Source: Macrostomum lignano (Eukaryota). Taken from it: a stretch of 64,000 nt of DNA. Under the pieces are notes generated by a model. That model was not told the DNA's origin and ran no database searches. It was given only the letters and a program-made list of their open reading frames with translations. Position 1 is the first letter of the stretch. The number at the start of each line of letters is the position of its first letter. The stretch spans positions 1 through 64,000 of the forward strand of contig NIVC01001405.1 of NCBI GenBank assembly GCA_002269645.1, read 5' to 3'. Positions 33,573-44,760 of the stretch are shown here, one piece after another. The position numbers were made by a program, and so were the translations under genes.

Positions 33573-33875
33573 TCACCGCCGCCGCCTCCAAATGCCAGGT
33601 GGCTCCCTGGGCGGGGACAGGTCCTCCCCGTTCCGGCGCTGCACCTGGTGCTGCCGCCCCCTGGCCGCCTCGCTCAGGTACTCAAGCAGCAGTTGCAGCT
33701 CATTGTCAGTGGCTTGAATCGGCCTGTGCCGACCGCTCTCAGCGACGGCTGGCTGGGCGACGGTCGAGTGGCGCGCCAGTGGAGAAGCCTCGCAGCTGCC
33801 GTCCAGCGCCAGCAGCAGCGTCATTAGCAGGGCGGCCGCTGGCAGCAGCGGCTGCAGCTTGGCGACGGTCGGCAT
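33573..33875 (-). CDS. Neuropeptide-like precursor, predicted peptide NGEDLSPPREPPGIW
   Basis: 100-aa ORF with a signal peptide (LLPAAALLMTLLLALDGSCEA), a spacer, a dibasic RR site and a terminal RRRR; TATA box upstream. Confidence 0.7.
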   Translation of the reverse strand: MPTVAKLQPLLPAAALLMTLLLALDGSCEASPLARHSTVAQPAVAESGRHRPIQATDNELQLLLEYLSEAARGRQHQVQRRNGEDLSPPREPPGIWRRRR

Positions 33876-33990
33876 GGTGCGGCGTGTGTCGCTTTAGTTT
33901 AAGCTTAACGGCAAGATTGAACACTTGAGCACTTTATAGAGTCTGCGGCCACAGTGAAGAGAGGCCTCGGCCTGGGCCTACAGTGTCGCC

Positions 33991-33997
33991 TTTTATA
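33991..33997 (-). promoter_or_regulatory. TATA box upstream of the neuropeptide-like gene
   Basis: TATAAAA on the minus strand about 116 bp before the ATG. Confidence 0.45.
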
Positions 33998-34529
33998 GGC
34001 TTGGAGTTTGTAACCAACCACAACACGAGCGGGTTGCCAAGGTCAACAAGACTGACTGGCTGGGTTCGTGCGCTAGAGGGGGAGTAGCGTAATGAGAGAA
34101 CGGATGAGGAACCCTACACTCTGCTAGGAAAGAATTTCGATCAAAAAATGGTTTGAAAAACATCTTCAGGCTTCATATCCCACCTTACTTTTTGTATTTG
34201 GTTTTATTGTGTATCAATTTAAATATATGATAATTCTGTCTACTCAAATTCTTAATATAGTTTTGGAATTCCAAATTTATTTTAATATGTTGTTCTACAG
34301 TAAGCAAGAAGAGAAGAGGCATCCACATGAGAAGAGAAATGAAAAGAAACGAGATTAGAGATTAGAGTCCGGACAAAACGACAGGGGGACAAGAGGAGAT
34401 ACGATGGCAGTAAAGATGAGGAACTGCGGGAGACGGGTCCAAGAAGAGTGAAGAAAAGACAAAAGGAGACAGCAAATGAGAGTGGATTCTTTTTGAGACT
34501 GAAGGATATGAGACAGAGGATAGGAGACT

Positions 34530-35680
34530 AGCGGAGAGATGACTGAAAGAGATGAGATTGGAAGAGATGAGGTTGAAAGAGATGAGATTGGGAGAGATGA
34601 GGTTGGGAGAGATGAGGTTGGAAGAGATGAGACTGGAAGAGATGAGGTTGGGAGAGATGAGGTTGGAAGAGATGAGACTGGAAGAGATGAGGTTGGGAGA
34701 GATGAGGTTGGGAGGGATGAGGTTGGAAGAGATGAGGTTGGAAGAGATGAGGTTATTGGAAGAGATGAGGTTGGTAGAGATGAGGTTGGGAGAGATAAGG
34801 TTGGAAGAGATGAGGTTGGGAGAGATGAGGTTGGTAGAGATGAGGTTGGGAGAGATGAGGTTGGTAGAGATGAGACTGGTAGAAATGAGACTAGAAGAGA
34901 TGAGACTGGAAGAGATGAGATTGGATAAGATGAGGCTGGTAGATATTAGACCGGTAGAGATGAGAATCGAAGAGATAAGACTAAAAGAGATGAGACTCGA
35001 AGAGATTATGAGACTCAAAGAAATGAGGCCGGTAGAGATGAGACTGGAAGAGATGAGGCTGGAAGATTTGAGATTGGAAGAGATGAAGCTGGAAGAGATG
35101 AGACTGCAGTAGAGATGAGACTCGAAGAGATGAGACTGGAAGAGATGAGACTCAAAAATATGGGACTGGAAGAGATGAGAATGGAAGAGAGGAGACTGGA
35201 AGAGATGAGACAGGAATAGATGAGACTGGAAGAGATGAGACTGCAGTAGAGATAAGACTCGAAGAGATGAGACTGGAAGAGATGAGACTGCAGTAGAGAT
35301 GAGGCTCGAAGAGATGAGACTAGAAGAGATGAGACTCGAAGAGATGGGACTGGAAGAGATGAGAATGGAAGAGAGGAGACTAGAAGAGATGAGAATGGAA
35401 GAGAGGAGACTGGAAGAGATGAGACTGGAAGAGATGAGACTGGAAGAGAAGCGACTGGATGAGATGAGACTGGATGAGATGAGGCTGGTAGAGATGAGGC
35501 TGGTAGAGATGAGGCTGGTAGAGATGAGGCTGGTAGAGATGAGACTGGAAGAGATGAGACTCGAAGAGATTAGACTGGAAGAGATGAGACTGGAAGAGAT
35601 GAGACTGGAAGAGAAGCGACTGGAAGAGATGCGACTGGAAGAGATGAGACTCGAAGAGATGAGAGATGAGAGATGAGAAG
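34530..35680. repeat. 15-bp purine-rich minisatellite (GAGATGAGACTGGAA / GAGATGAGGTTGGAA)n
   Basis: Direct inspection; two sub-variants occur in blocks. Confidence 0.95.
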
Positions 35681-36679
35681 ATGAGAGGAGAAATAGCCAC
35701 CATTGAAAGCTAGCGTTCCAAGGGTCGAGCTGAAGATTGCATCCGCAAGGTGCCCAGAGGCTGGCCGCAGTTATTTCTTGAAGCTGCAAAAGCACTGAGA
35801 TACTTTAGAAAAAGAATCCACTCCCGCGACACTGCGCTGACAAGTCTACTCTCAAACTTCCTCCGCATCATGGTCGTCAGAGGTCACGCGACCTGCAGCA
35901 GTCACCGGTCAGGTCTGCCAGTCAGCCGGCAGTCCAGGCAGCTGAACCCGCGGGTCGCTGGGCTGAGCGGCACGCAAAACCAGGCCGAACAATGGCCTGG
36001 AAAGCAGTGAACTGGTGGCAGTCCATGCTAAATTTAACCCGGCCAGACGGGCTGCCCATCAGCCCTGAGAATGGAATCGGTTTAACACGCCCATTTCCTG
36101 CCGGGCTGGGGCCAACGGCTTTTCTTCCAGATTAAGAGATTTAGAATGGGGATTCCGGTCTGCGACTGGATAAAATCCCTATAAATAAAACGGCTTCGGT
36201 TGCGTTTAGCTGTAAATCATTCACTTAGCGCTTGGCAAGGCTTACAGGAGGAAAGCATCACCAGAAGTCTATTAATAGCCAGGCAAAAGTCAGCGAGGTT
36301 GCAACTGCGTCTCCGGATGCCGCGTCACGAGAATTTGAGCATTATGATTTATGATTTATGATTCAATATAAAGAGCTAAAATGCGCTTTGGGATCTGCGA
36401 TGGTTTTTTAGTGACCAGGCCCTAACTTTTCCGTCTTGCGTTCTTGTATCAAAATTATGCAGTTGATGAAAGGCACATTCACAACTAGAGTTGTGCTTAA
36501 ATTCGCAGAACTAAATTTCTTTCTGATCCATTTAACCTTCGAAAATTTTTCTAATCATTTGTTCAGGTAACAATGCGTTCACACAGCGAATGAAAGAGAG
36601 ACAGTTACTTAAAATGAACCTAGGATACTACTGATAACCGGCATGTGAGTAGCTAGTAAAGGGTATCTATCAAGACAAA

Positions 36680-36790
36680 TTTTGTGGTCTCGCCTCTATT
36701 TACCTGTATAGAGCGGTGAGCACCGCGCCTAAAGGCCTTGGGAAGCTGCAGCTTTCCAGGTCCCAGTCAGGGCAAAAATGGAGTGTAAAT
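36680..36790 (-). mobile_element. Possible remnant of a related LTR 3' end
   Basis: The minus strand CTGACTGGGACCTGG..GCAGCTTCCC..TAGGCG..ACCACAA resembles the end of the Gypsy LTR (CTGACTGGGGACCTGG..GCAGCTTCCC..TAGGCG..CTCACAACA). Confidence 0.3.
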
Positions 36791-37707
36791 ATTTTCACAC
36801 ATAACAGACGTCGTGTTTATTTTCATAAGCAATGCTCATTTTATCGTAACTAATGCTTAAACTCGTATCCATGCTCGTATTTGTGTTTATGCCCCAATGA
36901 ATATTCGTTACTCGATTTCCCCTAGCTGGTCAATTGCCTCACGCCTACTCTGCGGAGGACGAAACTTGTGGTCAAAAGTTCGGCGAAGGACCCATGCACC
37001 AAGTCCTCTCGGAACCTCTCCTTTGGCGTAACGCCGAGATCCTCAAATTAGAGATCGTGTACTATGTCCAACCACAAAGCTTGGTTGTTTGGTACATCTC
37101 GCCAGCCGGCGTTAACGATAGTGACTCGAGCTCGACAGTTCTACACTTGGAGGGGTGGATATATACCCAGCAACATTGAACCTTCCACCATAGAGCATCG
37201 GCTCACTGCACTGCAAATGACGCACTGCAAATGAGGTTCTTCAAATCTCGCTGGGATGGCGGCTTTCAATGTTGCTGACTAATGTCAGAGGCAGGAAGGC
37301 AAAGACTGGAAAAGGTTGCGCTAAACCGAAAAGCAGCTAACGAAGCAGTTCGCTAAGCCAGCTTTAACCGATCATAAATTCTACGAAAGTTCGGAGCCAA
37401 AAAGCTGCCCCCAGACTAGCGAACAGGGGATCCCAGATGATTAATTCTGTTTCCTAAGTCTGTTTTGAAGTACAACCGTTTTCTACTGTAGTTGAAGCCG
37501 CCCAAGCTAAAATACTGAGAGCTAATCGAAGGTCCAACTTCAGGACAATGAGTGCTATAGCCTTTAGCGCCGATCTTTGTATGGATTTTGCTCGCCAAAG
37601 ATGTCTATGGTCACATAGAAATGTTTTTGGATCCGTGAGACTTTAGTCCATCCAATGGCAACTGGTCAACAGCTTAAAAGACAACTGATACGGCTCGTAA
37701 ATGCGTT

Positions 37708-38143
37708 TGTTGTGCAATCGTGCCCTTTCTCGCCCTCCTGCCCCGCCCCAACCCTCCAGTCTGCCCCACCCCTCCGATCAATAATCAATGCGTACGCCGA
37801 TCACGCCACCCCGCCCCACCTCCCCTGCTGTACCGTACATTTGTTCTTAAGTTATATTCATGTACGCGGAGGACCAATGAAAAATATATAGTCGCTGTCT
37901 GGAGGGCAGACTCCTCCCTTGCGCGCGTTGGTCCGCCTCCGTTGGCTATTAACGACTCGTCGATCTACCATAAAAAGTGCACGGCGAACTGCATCGGCTA
38001 CGGTGTGTAAGTTCGCGATTTACTGTCCTTTTTCTGCTTCTCCCTAGGGCGCGGGACGGGAGCTCTGACTGGGGACCTGGGGGTCGCAGCTTCCCGACAG
38101 GTTAAAGCTGTAGGCGTTGCTCCGGAGGACGGGGCTCACAACA
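37708..38143 (+). repeat. 5' LTR (436 bp)
   Basis: Matches 44296-44648 plus 50421-50503 (353 + 83 = 436 bp). Confidence 0.95.
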
Positions 38144-38145
38144 AC

Positions 38146-38163
38146 TGGTGCCGTGACCAGGAT
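38146..38163 (+). promoter_or_regulatory. Primer-binding site, tRNA-His type
   Basis: TGGTGCCGTGACCAGGAT starts 2 nt after the LTR and is complementary to a tRNA-His-like 3' end (...TCACGGCACCA). Confidence 0.8.
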
Positions 38164-38266
38164 TCCAGTTAAGGTTTCCGTTAGATTTCTGTCTGTTGTC
38201 TGGGGTAGTGCATTATTGAATTAGTGCTTAGTGCGTTAGAGTTAGTTTTGCGTTAGAATTAGTTTT

Positions 38267-39226
38267 GTGCAAGCGATCATGGCCAATTTAGACGATCTTA
38301 TCGGTGCTTTGACAGCGAGAATCCAGGAGCAGTTGAACGTGGGTCAGCGCGTTCCACGTCCTAATAAGTATGTGCCGACTCAAGATTTTGCTTTGTGGTT
38401 GCAACAGTTTACCACGTACTGCGAGGCTGCTCAGATCCCTGAGGATCAGCGGAAGCAGAATTTGCTGAGTCTGTTGGACTTTGGCACGGCTTTTAAAGCA
38501 GTGGCCAATCTCGAGCTGGATGATGACTTGGACTACGCAGAGTTCGTGGAGCAGCTGGAGGCTCGCTTCAGTCAGAATCGCACACCCCAGGACTACAAGA
38601 CAGAATTTCAAAACAGGAGTCAGAGAGAGGGGGAAGCACTAGAGGATTACGCTGACGCTCTCAGGGAGCTCATGCGTAAGGCATATCCGGCTCTGCCAGG
38701 GGAGCAAAGGGATGAGCTAGCAAAAGACCGATTCTTTAAGGGGATTCGAGTTCCGGACAGGGTGCTTGAGAATGTCTTGCTGCAAGACCCTGACACGCTG
38801 CAGGCCGCGATCCAGCGAGTGCGCCAGACTCTCGCATCGATGAAGCTGCTGGAGGGAAAGCGATCAGTCCACGTGGTGAACAGTCAGGCGGCAGCTGCTG
38901 CAGCGGACAGTCAGACAGCTCGCATGGCTGCGGAGATCGCCAGCTTGAAGGCAGAGATCGCGCAGCTGAAGCAAGGAGGGGCGTCGGCCTCGGCGGTGCA
39001 GCCGAATCCGCAGCAGCCGGCAGCCGCGCCTCAGGCGGGCAGAACCTGTGGGAGGTGTCTTCAGATGGGGCACTCAACGGCGGACTGTAGGAATCGAGTA
39101 GTTTGCCTTGCCTGCGGCCAGCAGGGCCACACTCGTTCCAGGTGCCAGAGTCAGCTGGCTACTCAGAGTCAGGGAAACGGGATGGGGGCCCGGCCAGGCC
39201 AGCGTCCCGGGCCCCGTCTGCAGTGA
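38267..39226 (+). CDS. gag: Gag with two CCHC zinc knuckles
   Basis: 319-aa ORF with a retrotransposon capsid-like region, CGRCLQMGHSTADC and CLACGQQGHTRSRC. Confidence 0.92.
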   Translation: MQAIMANLDDLIGALTARIQEQLNVGQRVPRPNKYVPTQDFALWLQQFTTYCEAAQIPEDQRKQNLLSLLDFGTAFKAVANLELDDDLDYAEFVEQLEARFSQNRTPQDYKTEFQNRSQREGEALEDYADALRELMRKAYPALPGEQRDELAKDRFFKGIRVPDRVLENVLLQDPDTLQAAIQRVRQTLASMKLLEGKRSVHVVNSQAAAAAADSQTARMAAEIASLKAEIAQLKQGGASASAVQPNPQQPAAAPQAGRTCGRCLQMGHSTADCRNRVVCLACGQQGHTRSRCQSQLATQSQGNGMGARPGQRPGPRLQ

Positions 39227-42200
39227 TTGAGGAAGCGCCAGGGCCCACAACCCAGATCCAGAGTGTGCTGGGTGGAACTGGACTGGGTTATATTGACGCA
39301 AAGTTTGAATCTGGGCCCTTGGTTGCTTGTTTGCTGGACAGCGGGTCCACAGTGTCATTACTTATTAGTCGTTTCTTAGAATCCGCCAAAATTAAGAACA
39401 AAATTCAGAATTGTAGTACTGATTTTTCAATTTACACAGCGAGTGGCGAGGCAATTCAAATTTTAGGCCGAACTAATCCGAATTCTTCGATTGGTGAGAC
39501 GAAATTCGAGCACGAATTTTTAGTTGTCGATGAAATTTCACAGCCATGCATTTTAGGAACCGATTTTTTCATTAGAAATTGCATGATAATTGATTTCGCT
39601 AGACACTGCCTGCAGACAGAATCGTGTGTCTTTCCTTTCCGTTTGTGTGCTGACAGACCTCTTGTGTGCCGCATCGTGCTGCGCCAGGCTGTCCGGATGG
39701 ATGCCGGTGAGGAGAAGCTGGTCCCAGTCCGCCTTCAGAGACGCGGGGTGAGGGGATTTCAGTTTCCTGGAATGGTGGAGTCCGAGCGTCGGGCAGCAGG
39801 TGATCATTTGCTGGCCAGATCGGTGCAGTTGCCTGATCAAGAGGGTCGGTTGTCTGTCAGGATGCTGAACACGTCGGAGTGCAGTTTGTCGATAAGGCGG
39901 GGCACTCGAGTTGGCTGGTTTTCGCCGGTCTCTGCACAGCAGCCAGCAGAGCTGCAACTGAATGCCGTCGAGTCAGAAGGAGAGCTGTGGAGTCCCCTCA
40001 GCGAAGTCAAAGAGTGGGGTGCCTGCGGCCTATCAGACGCAGAGGCAAGAGAGTTTGTTTCCCTGGTTGCCAAAAATCGTGACGTCTTTGCCAAAGACAG
40101 CTCTGAACTCGGGCTCACGAATCTGATGGCGCACGAAATCGACACGGGTAACGCGAAGCCCGTGACTGAACCCTTGCGCAGAATCCCGCCGCACTGGAGA
40201 AGTGAGGTTGATAAACAGGTTGATCAACTGCTCGCTGAAGGCCGCATCTATCCCTGTCAGTCACCCTGGTCGAGCCCAGTGGTTCCGGTTAGAAAGTCGG
40301 ATGGCAGTCTCAGAATGTGTCTGGATTACAGGCGTCTGAATAGCGTGACCGTGCCTGATCCTCTGCCTCCGCCCAGAATGGATGAGACTCTTGATGCGCT
40401 CGGGGGAAACTGCATCTTTTCCACGATGGACCTGGCATCCGGGAACCATCAGTGCCCACTGGAGTCGAAAGACCAGTTAAAGACCGCTTTCGTGGTGCCG
40501 AATCGGGGACAGTTTGCGTGGAAGTGCATGAGTTTCGGGCTCAGAAACGCCCCGTCAACTTTTACGAGACTCATGTCCATGGCACTGTCAGAAGTCAACT
40601 GGAAGGAATGCCTCGTCTACTTCGACGACATAGTTGTCTTCTCCACGACTGTGCAGCAGCACTTCGAACGCCTTGAGCATGTGTTCCAATGTCTCAGAAG
40701 AGCTAACATTAAGCTGAAGCCAGCAAAATGTGTCTTTCTGGCCGAAAAGATGAGCTTCTTAGGTCACGTGATCTCCAAGGATGGAATAGCAACGAACCCA
40801 GAAAAGTGTGCCGAAATCCAGGACTGGCCCAGGCCTTGCAGTGTGGCCAAAGTCCAATCGTTTATCGGACTGTGCGTCTACTACAAAGCTTTCATTCCAA
40901 ATTTTTCCGAGATTGCCGCTCCGCTCTACAGACTTGTAGCGAACGATGCCGAGTTCAAATGGGGTCCAGCCCAAGAGCAGTCGTTCAACAGTCTGAAAGC
41001 GGCTCTGTGTTCGCCAAGCGTTATGGCTTTTCCAGACTTCTCGCCAAACGCTGGTGAGTTCATTCTTGACACGGATGCCAGCTCTCGAATTGGGCTTGGT
41101 GCGGTGCTGTCACAGCGCCAGTCGGACGGGTCTGAGAAGGTGATAGCCTATGGATCTCGAATGATTCAGGCAAGCGAGAAAAACTACTGCACCACCCGTC
41201 TCGAGCTGTTGGCAATTGTGCACTTTATCAAAAAGTACCGGTACTATCTACTCGGGAAAAAATTCACTGTGAGATCTGATCACAAAGCCCTGCAGTGGCT
41301 CGCCAGCATCCGTGATGTTGAGGGTCAATGTGCTCGATGGCTGGAGACACTGCAGAACTATGACTTTGTTATAGAACACCGGGCCGGGAAACATCACGGC
41401 AACGCAGACTCTTTGTCTCGGAAATACCGAAGGCACACAGGGCATGAGACTTGTCCTAGTTGCGCACCGGCTCAGCGCAGCAATGGTGTCAATGCAATAT
41501 TTCGGAGTGTGCTGCAGAAGGAAGATATACAGTCAGCTCAAGAAGCAGAGCCAAAGCTGAAGATCATCAATAATTTCTTGACAGATCATGTCGACGCGTC
41601 AACTCCACCGCAGGTGATGTGCTGGGAGGAGAGATGTCTGTGGTCTCAGCGTCAGCTGATCAGGCTTGATGCGCAGGTTCTGGTTTTTCAAGGTCCTGGG
41701 TCTGAGGTTCCGAAAATTATTGTATCTTGCCGCCGAGCTTGTTTCAGAAGGTCTTCAGTGAGTTACATGACGGAGTCGCAGGTGGTCACCTAGGGATCAA
41801 AAAGACCCAGGAGAAGGTGAAGGCTAGATTTTGGTGGCCTGGAATTTCAAGAAAGATCGAGGAGTACTGCAAGAGCTGTGTGCATTGTGCCCGGTCAAAA
41901 CCAGGCCAGGTAAATCGAGCTCCGCTGCACCCGATTGTGTCAGAAGCTCCGTTTCAGCGAATAATGTGCGACATCGTCGGACCATTGCCGCGATCCAGGA
42001 ATGGGTCCAGATTCATTCTGACCATTCAGGACTCGTTCACTAAGTGGCCAGTTGCCATGGCACTTTCAAATCAGCGTGCGAGCACGGTGGCAAAGGCCAT
42101 CTTCGACAATTGGATAGCGCAGTTTGGTTGCCCCGAGTTCCTTGTGACGGACAAAGGCACCAACTTTGAGTCATCGCTGGTAAAGCAGCTGTGTCAGCTG

Positions 42201-43067
42201 ATGGCTGTTAAAAAATGCCGAACAACTGCCTATCATCCCATGGCCGATGGCCAGGCAGAAAGCTTTAACAAAACGCTAAAAAATATGATAAAATGCCGGC
42301 AGAGTGAGGCTGAGAGTGATTGGGAGGAGCTGATCGCTCCATCACTTCTCGCCTACCGCTGTAGTGTCCATCGTGGCACTGGGTACACTCCGTACTACAT
42401 GTTGTACGCAAAAGAAATGCGCCTTCCAGTCGATATTGGGAACCTGCCGGAAGCAGTACCGGCTGATGCACCGGAGTACCTGTTGTCTCTGGGGCACAGG
42501 CTCGCGGAGGCACATTCACATGTAAGGCAGAATCTGCAACATTACCAGCGAAAACAGAAAATCATATACGACTCAAGGGTTAGAGGCCCGACGATAGAAG
42601 TAGGAGATTCGGTACTCGAATATTCGCCGGCCCTGCAGCCGAACGAAGCGGCAAAATTTCACAATTATTGGAAGGGCCCAGCCGAGGTGGTAGAAAAGCT
42701 GTCAGATATTAACTTCAGAATTCTCCATCAGAACAGTAGGAAAAGCAGGTTGGTGCACTATAACAACCTTTGCAAAGTGCCTCAACGTCCCGTTGAGCTG
42801 CAGGCTCCAAGACCGCCGAAGCAAAGGCGCAGACAACGGAAGGGGCAACGTGCTGTTGTTGTTGTGAGCGAAGAGCCGCAAGAGTCGGAGCCCTACTCGG
42901 ATGGCGATGACTCACAGTTTGTCTATGTGCCAGCGGCGGTGCATCAAGACATCCAAGCGCCGCAGGACCAACCGGTTCACGCTGCAGCACCTCCGGCTTC
43001 GCCACGCAGGCTTCGGCCTAGGAGAAACAATCCGCCTGCTCGCTACGGCGACCCAGTACTGTACTAG
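39103..43067 (+). CDS. pol: Pol (protease, RT, RNase H, integrase) with one frameshift near 41720-41727
   Basis: LLDSGS protease, YFDD RT and DAS RNase H lie in 39103-41793. The HHCC (LHDG..GGHLG..CVHC) and DDE integrase domains lie in 41727-43067. Confidence 0.92.
39172..39215 (+). promoter_or_regulatory. -1 programmed ribosomal frameshift signal
   Basis: Slippery G GGA AAC in gag phase, a 6-nt spacer, then a 9-bp GC stem (GGGGCCCGG 39185-39193 / CCGGGCCCC 39207-39215). pol is in the -1 frame. Confidence 0.75.
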
Positions 43068-44282
43068 TTCCATGCGTTCAAACTATCAATAAAATTGTTA
43101 AAATCCAAAAAAATTACAAAACAGCACAAAAGCAACGAAAAAACAACATTTGCTAATAAAGTACATGCTTACAGTAAGCAAGCAGTTCAATTACAGTACG
43201 CTTTTTATAGTTAGTATTAGTTTAGTTCAGAAGTAGTCGGGCTAGATCGGTTTGCCTTTGCTGGAAAGCTTAGCGGTGGGTGGCACCTGCTCGGGAAGCT
43301 GCACTCCCTGTTCCCATGTTGGGGTTTCTCGGCTCGTTCCTCGGGAGTTGTGGGGAAAGCCAGGCTCAAAGGACACCCAGGGCAAGGAGTCGAGAATCAA
43401 GTACCGGCAGGAGGCGGCACTGCGCAGCTGACTGCACCCACGGATCCGTCCAGCGTGAGAACAGTGAACCGGCGCGGGAGATGCGGATGCGGCGTCAGCA
43501 AGTCGGCCGGAGGCTGGATGGCACAAGTCGACGGGATCGCGGTGGTGTCAGGCAAGCTCCAGCAGGCATCAGCGGCGCCAGTGACAACGCTCAGGACATC
43601 TCCAGTACGACCGAGAGTCGCGGTACAAGGACTTCTGCTGGCGAGGCTTGTGCAGCCCGACGAAGGAGGTTCAGCAGCCACTGTGGCAGACAGCGATGAC
43701 CAGGGCCTCAGCGACATCACCGGTTTTCGGCATCAGCAAGCGACTTCGGGTGCCAGAGTGCCAATCGTCGAGTCGGCTCGCGAATCGTCGGGTGTCCGTC
43801 GTGTTGGAGTCGAGCAGGAGTCCGGCGCAGCCCATTCGGCCTGATTTACTTCATTTTAGTGTATTTTTTGACATTTTTGGTTCATTTTTTCTCTTGACAA
43901 TTCGACATTATTAAACTGCTGCTTAACGTTCATGTCGCAAGAAATTCTTCGAAGTTACAGTAACATTGGTAGACAGTGGTGCAATTTTTTCGTTTCGTTG
44001 CGGTTGTCACACTGAAGTTCTTGCTTTTTTTATTTTTCGCGTTTATTTCTCCAACATTTATCGTCCAAAATGCGTTTCCTCAACAGTCGTACATTTTTCA
44101 TATGCGTCAAACTCGTGTTTTCATTATTCGAATGTTGCTAACGCTAAGACTGTTCGTCATAAATCTCGTTGTCGTGCTATTAATTATTCGCGTTTATCCT
44201 CATTGCGCCGTCGTATCTGTCCAACTCATCGAATCCTGTCTTTGTCTCCATTCAGTCTTTGTTCTTGTGACTCGCCTTTTTT

Positions 44283-44295
44283 AAGGAGGGGAGGA
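44283..44295 (+). promoter_or_regulatory. Polypurine tract
   Basis: AAGGAGGGGAGGA immediately before the 3' LTR. Confidence 0.85.
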
Positions 44296-44648
44296 TGTTG
44301 TGCAATCGTGCCCTTTCTCGCCCTCCTGCCCCGCCCCAACCCTCCAGTCTGCCCCACCCCTCCGATCAATAATCAATGCGTACGCCGATCACGCCACCCC
44401 GCCCCACCTCCCCTGCTGTACCGTACATTTGTTCTTAAGTTATATTCATGTACGCGGAGGACCAATGAAAAATATATAGTCGCTGTCTGGAGGGCAGACT
44501 CCTCCCTTGCGCGCGTTGGTCCGCCTCCGTTGGCTATTAACGACTCGTCGATCTACCATAAAAAGTGCACGGCGAACTGCATCGGCTACGGTGTGTAAGT
44601 TCGCGATTTACTGTCCTTTTTCTGCTTCTCCCTAGGGCGCGGGACGGG
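44296..44648 (+). repeat. 3' LTR, left part (continues at 50421-50503)
   Basis: Matches the 5' LTR by eye up to the 13-bp TSD. Confidence 0.95.
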
Positions 44649-44760
44649 CTTGACTTACTTGACTTAGCTGCAGGGTGGTCCGTAGACACAGCGGGGAGGC
44701 GAGGGTCGCCCATTCCGCTAGCCCCTGAAGGCCCGCAGACAGGCAGAGGCGTGGGGCCGG

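Noticed and set aside
34362-35795. 477-aa Ser/Ile/Leu ORF and the MRLEE/GRDEV ORFs
   Set aside because: Translations of the 15-bp minisatellite, which is open in several frames on both strands.
43966-44598. 210-aa plus-strand ORF
   Set aside because: It runs through the AT-rich UTR, PPT and LTR with no coding signature.
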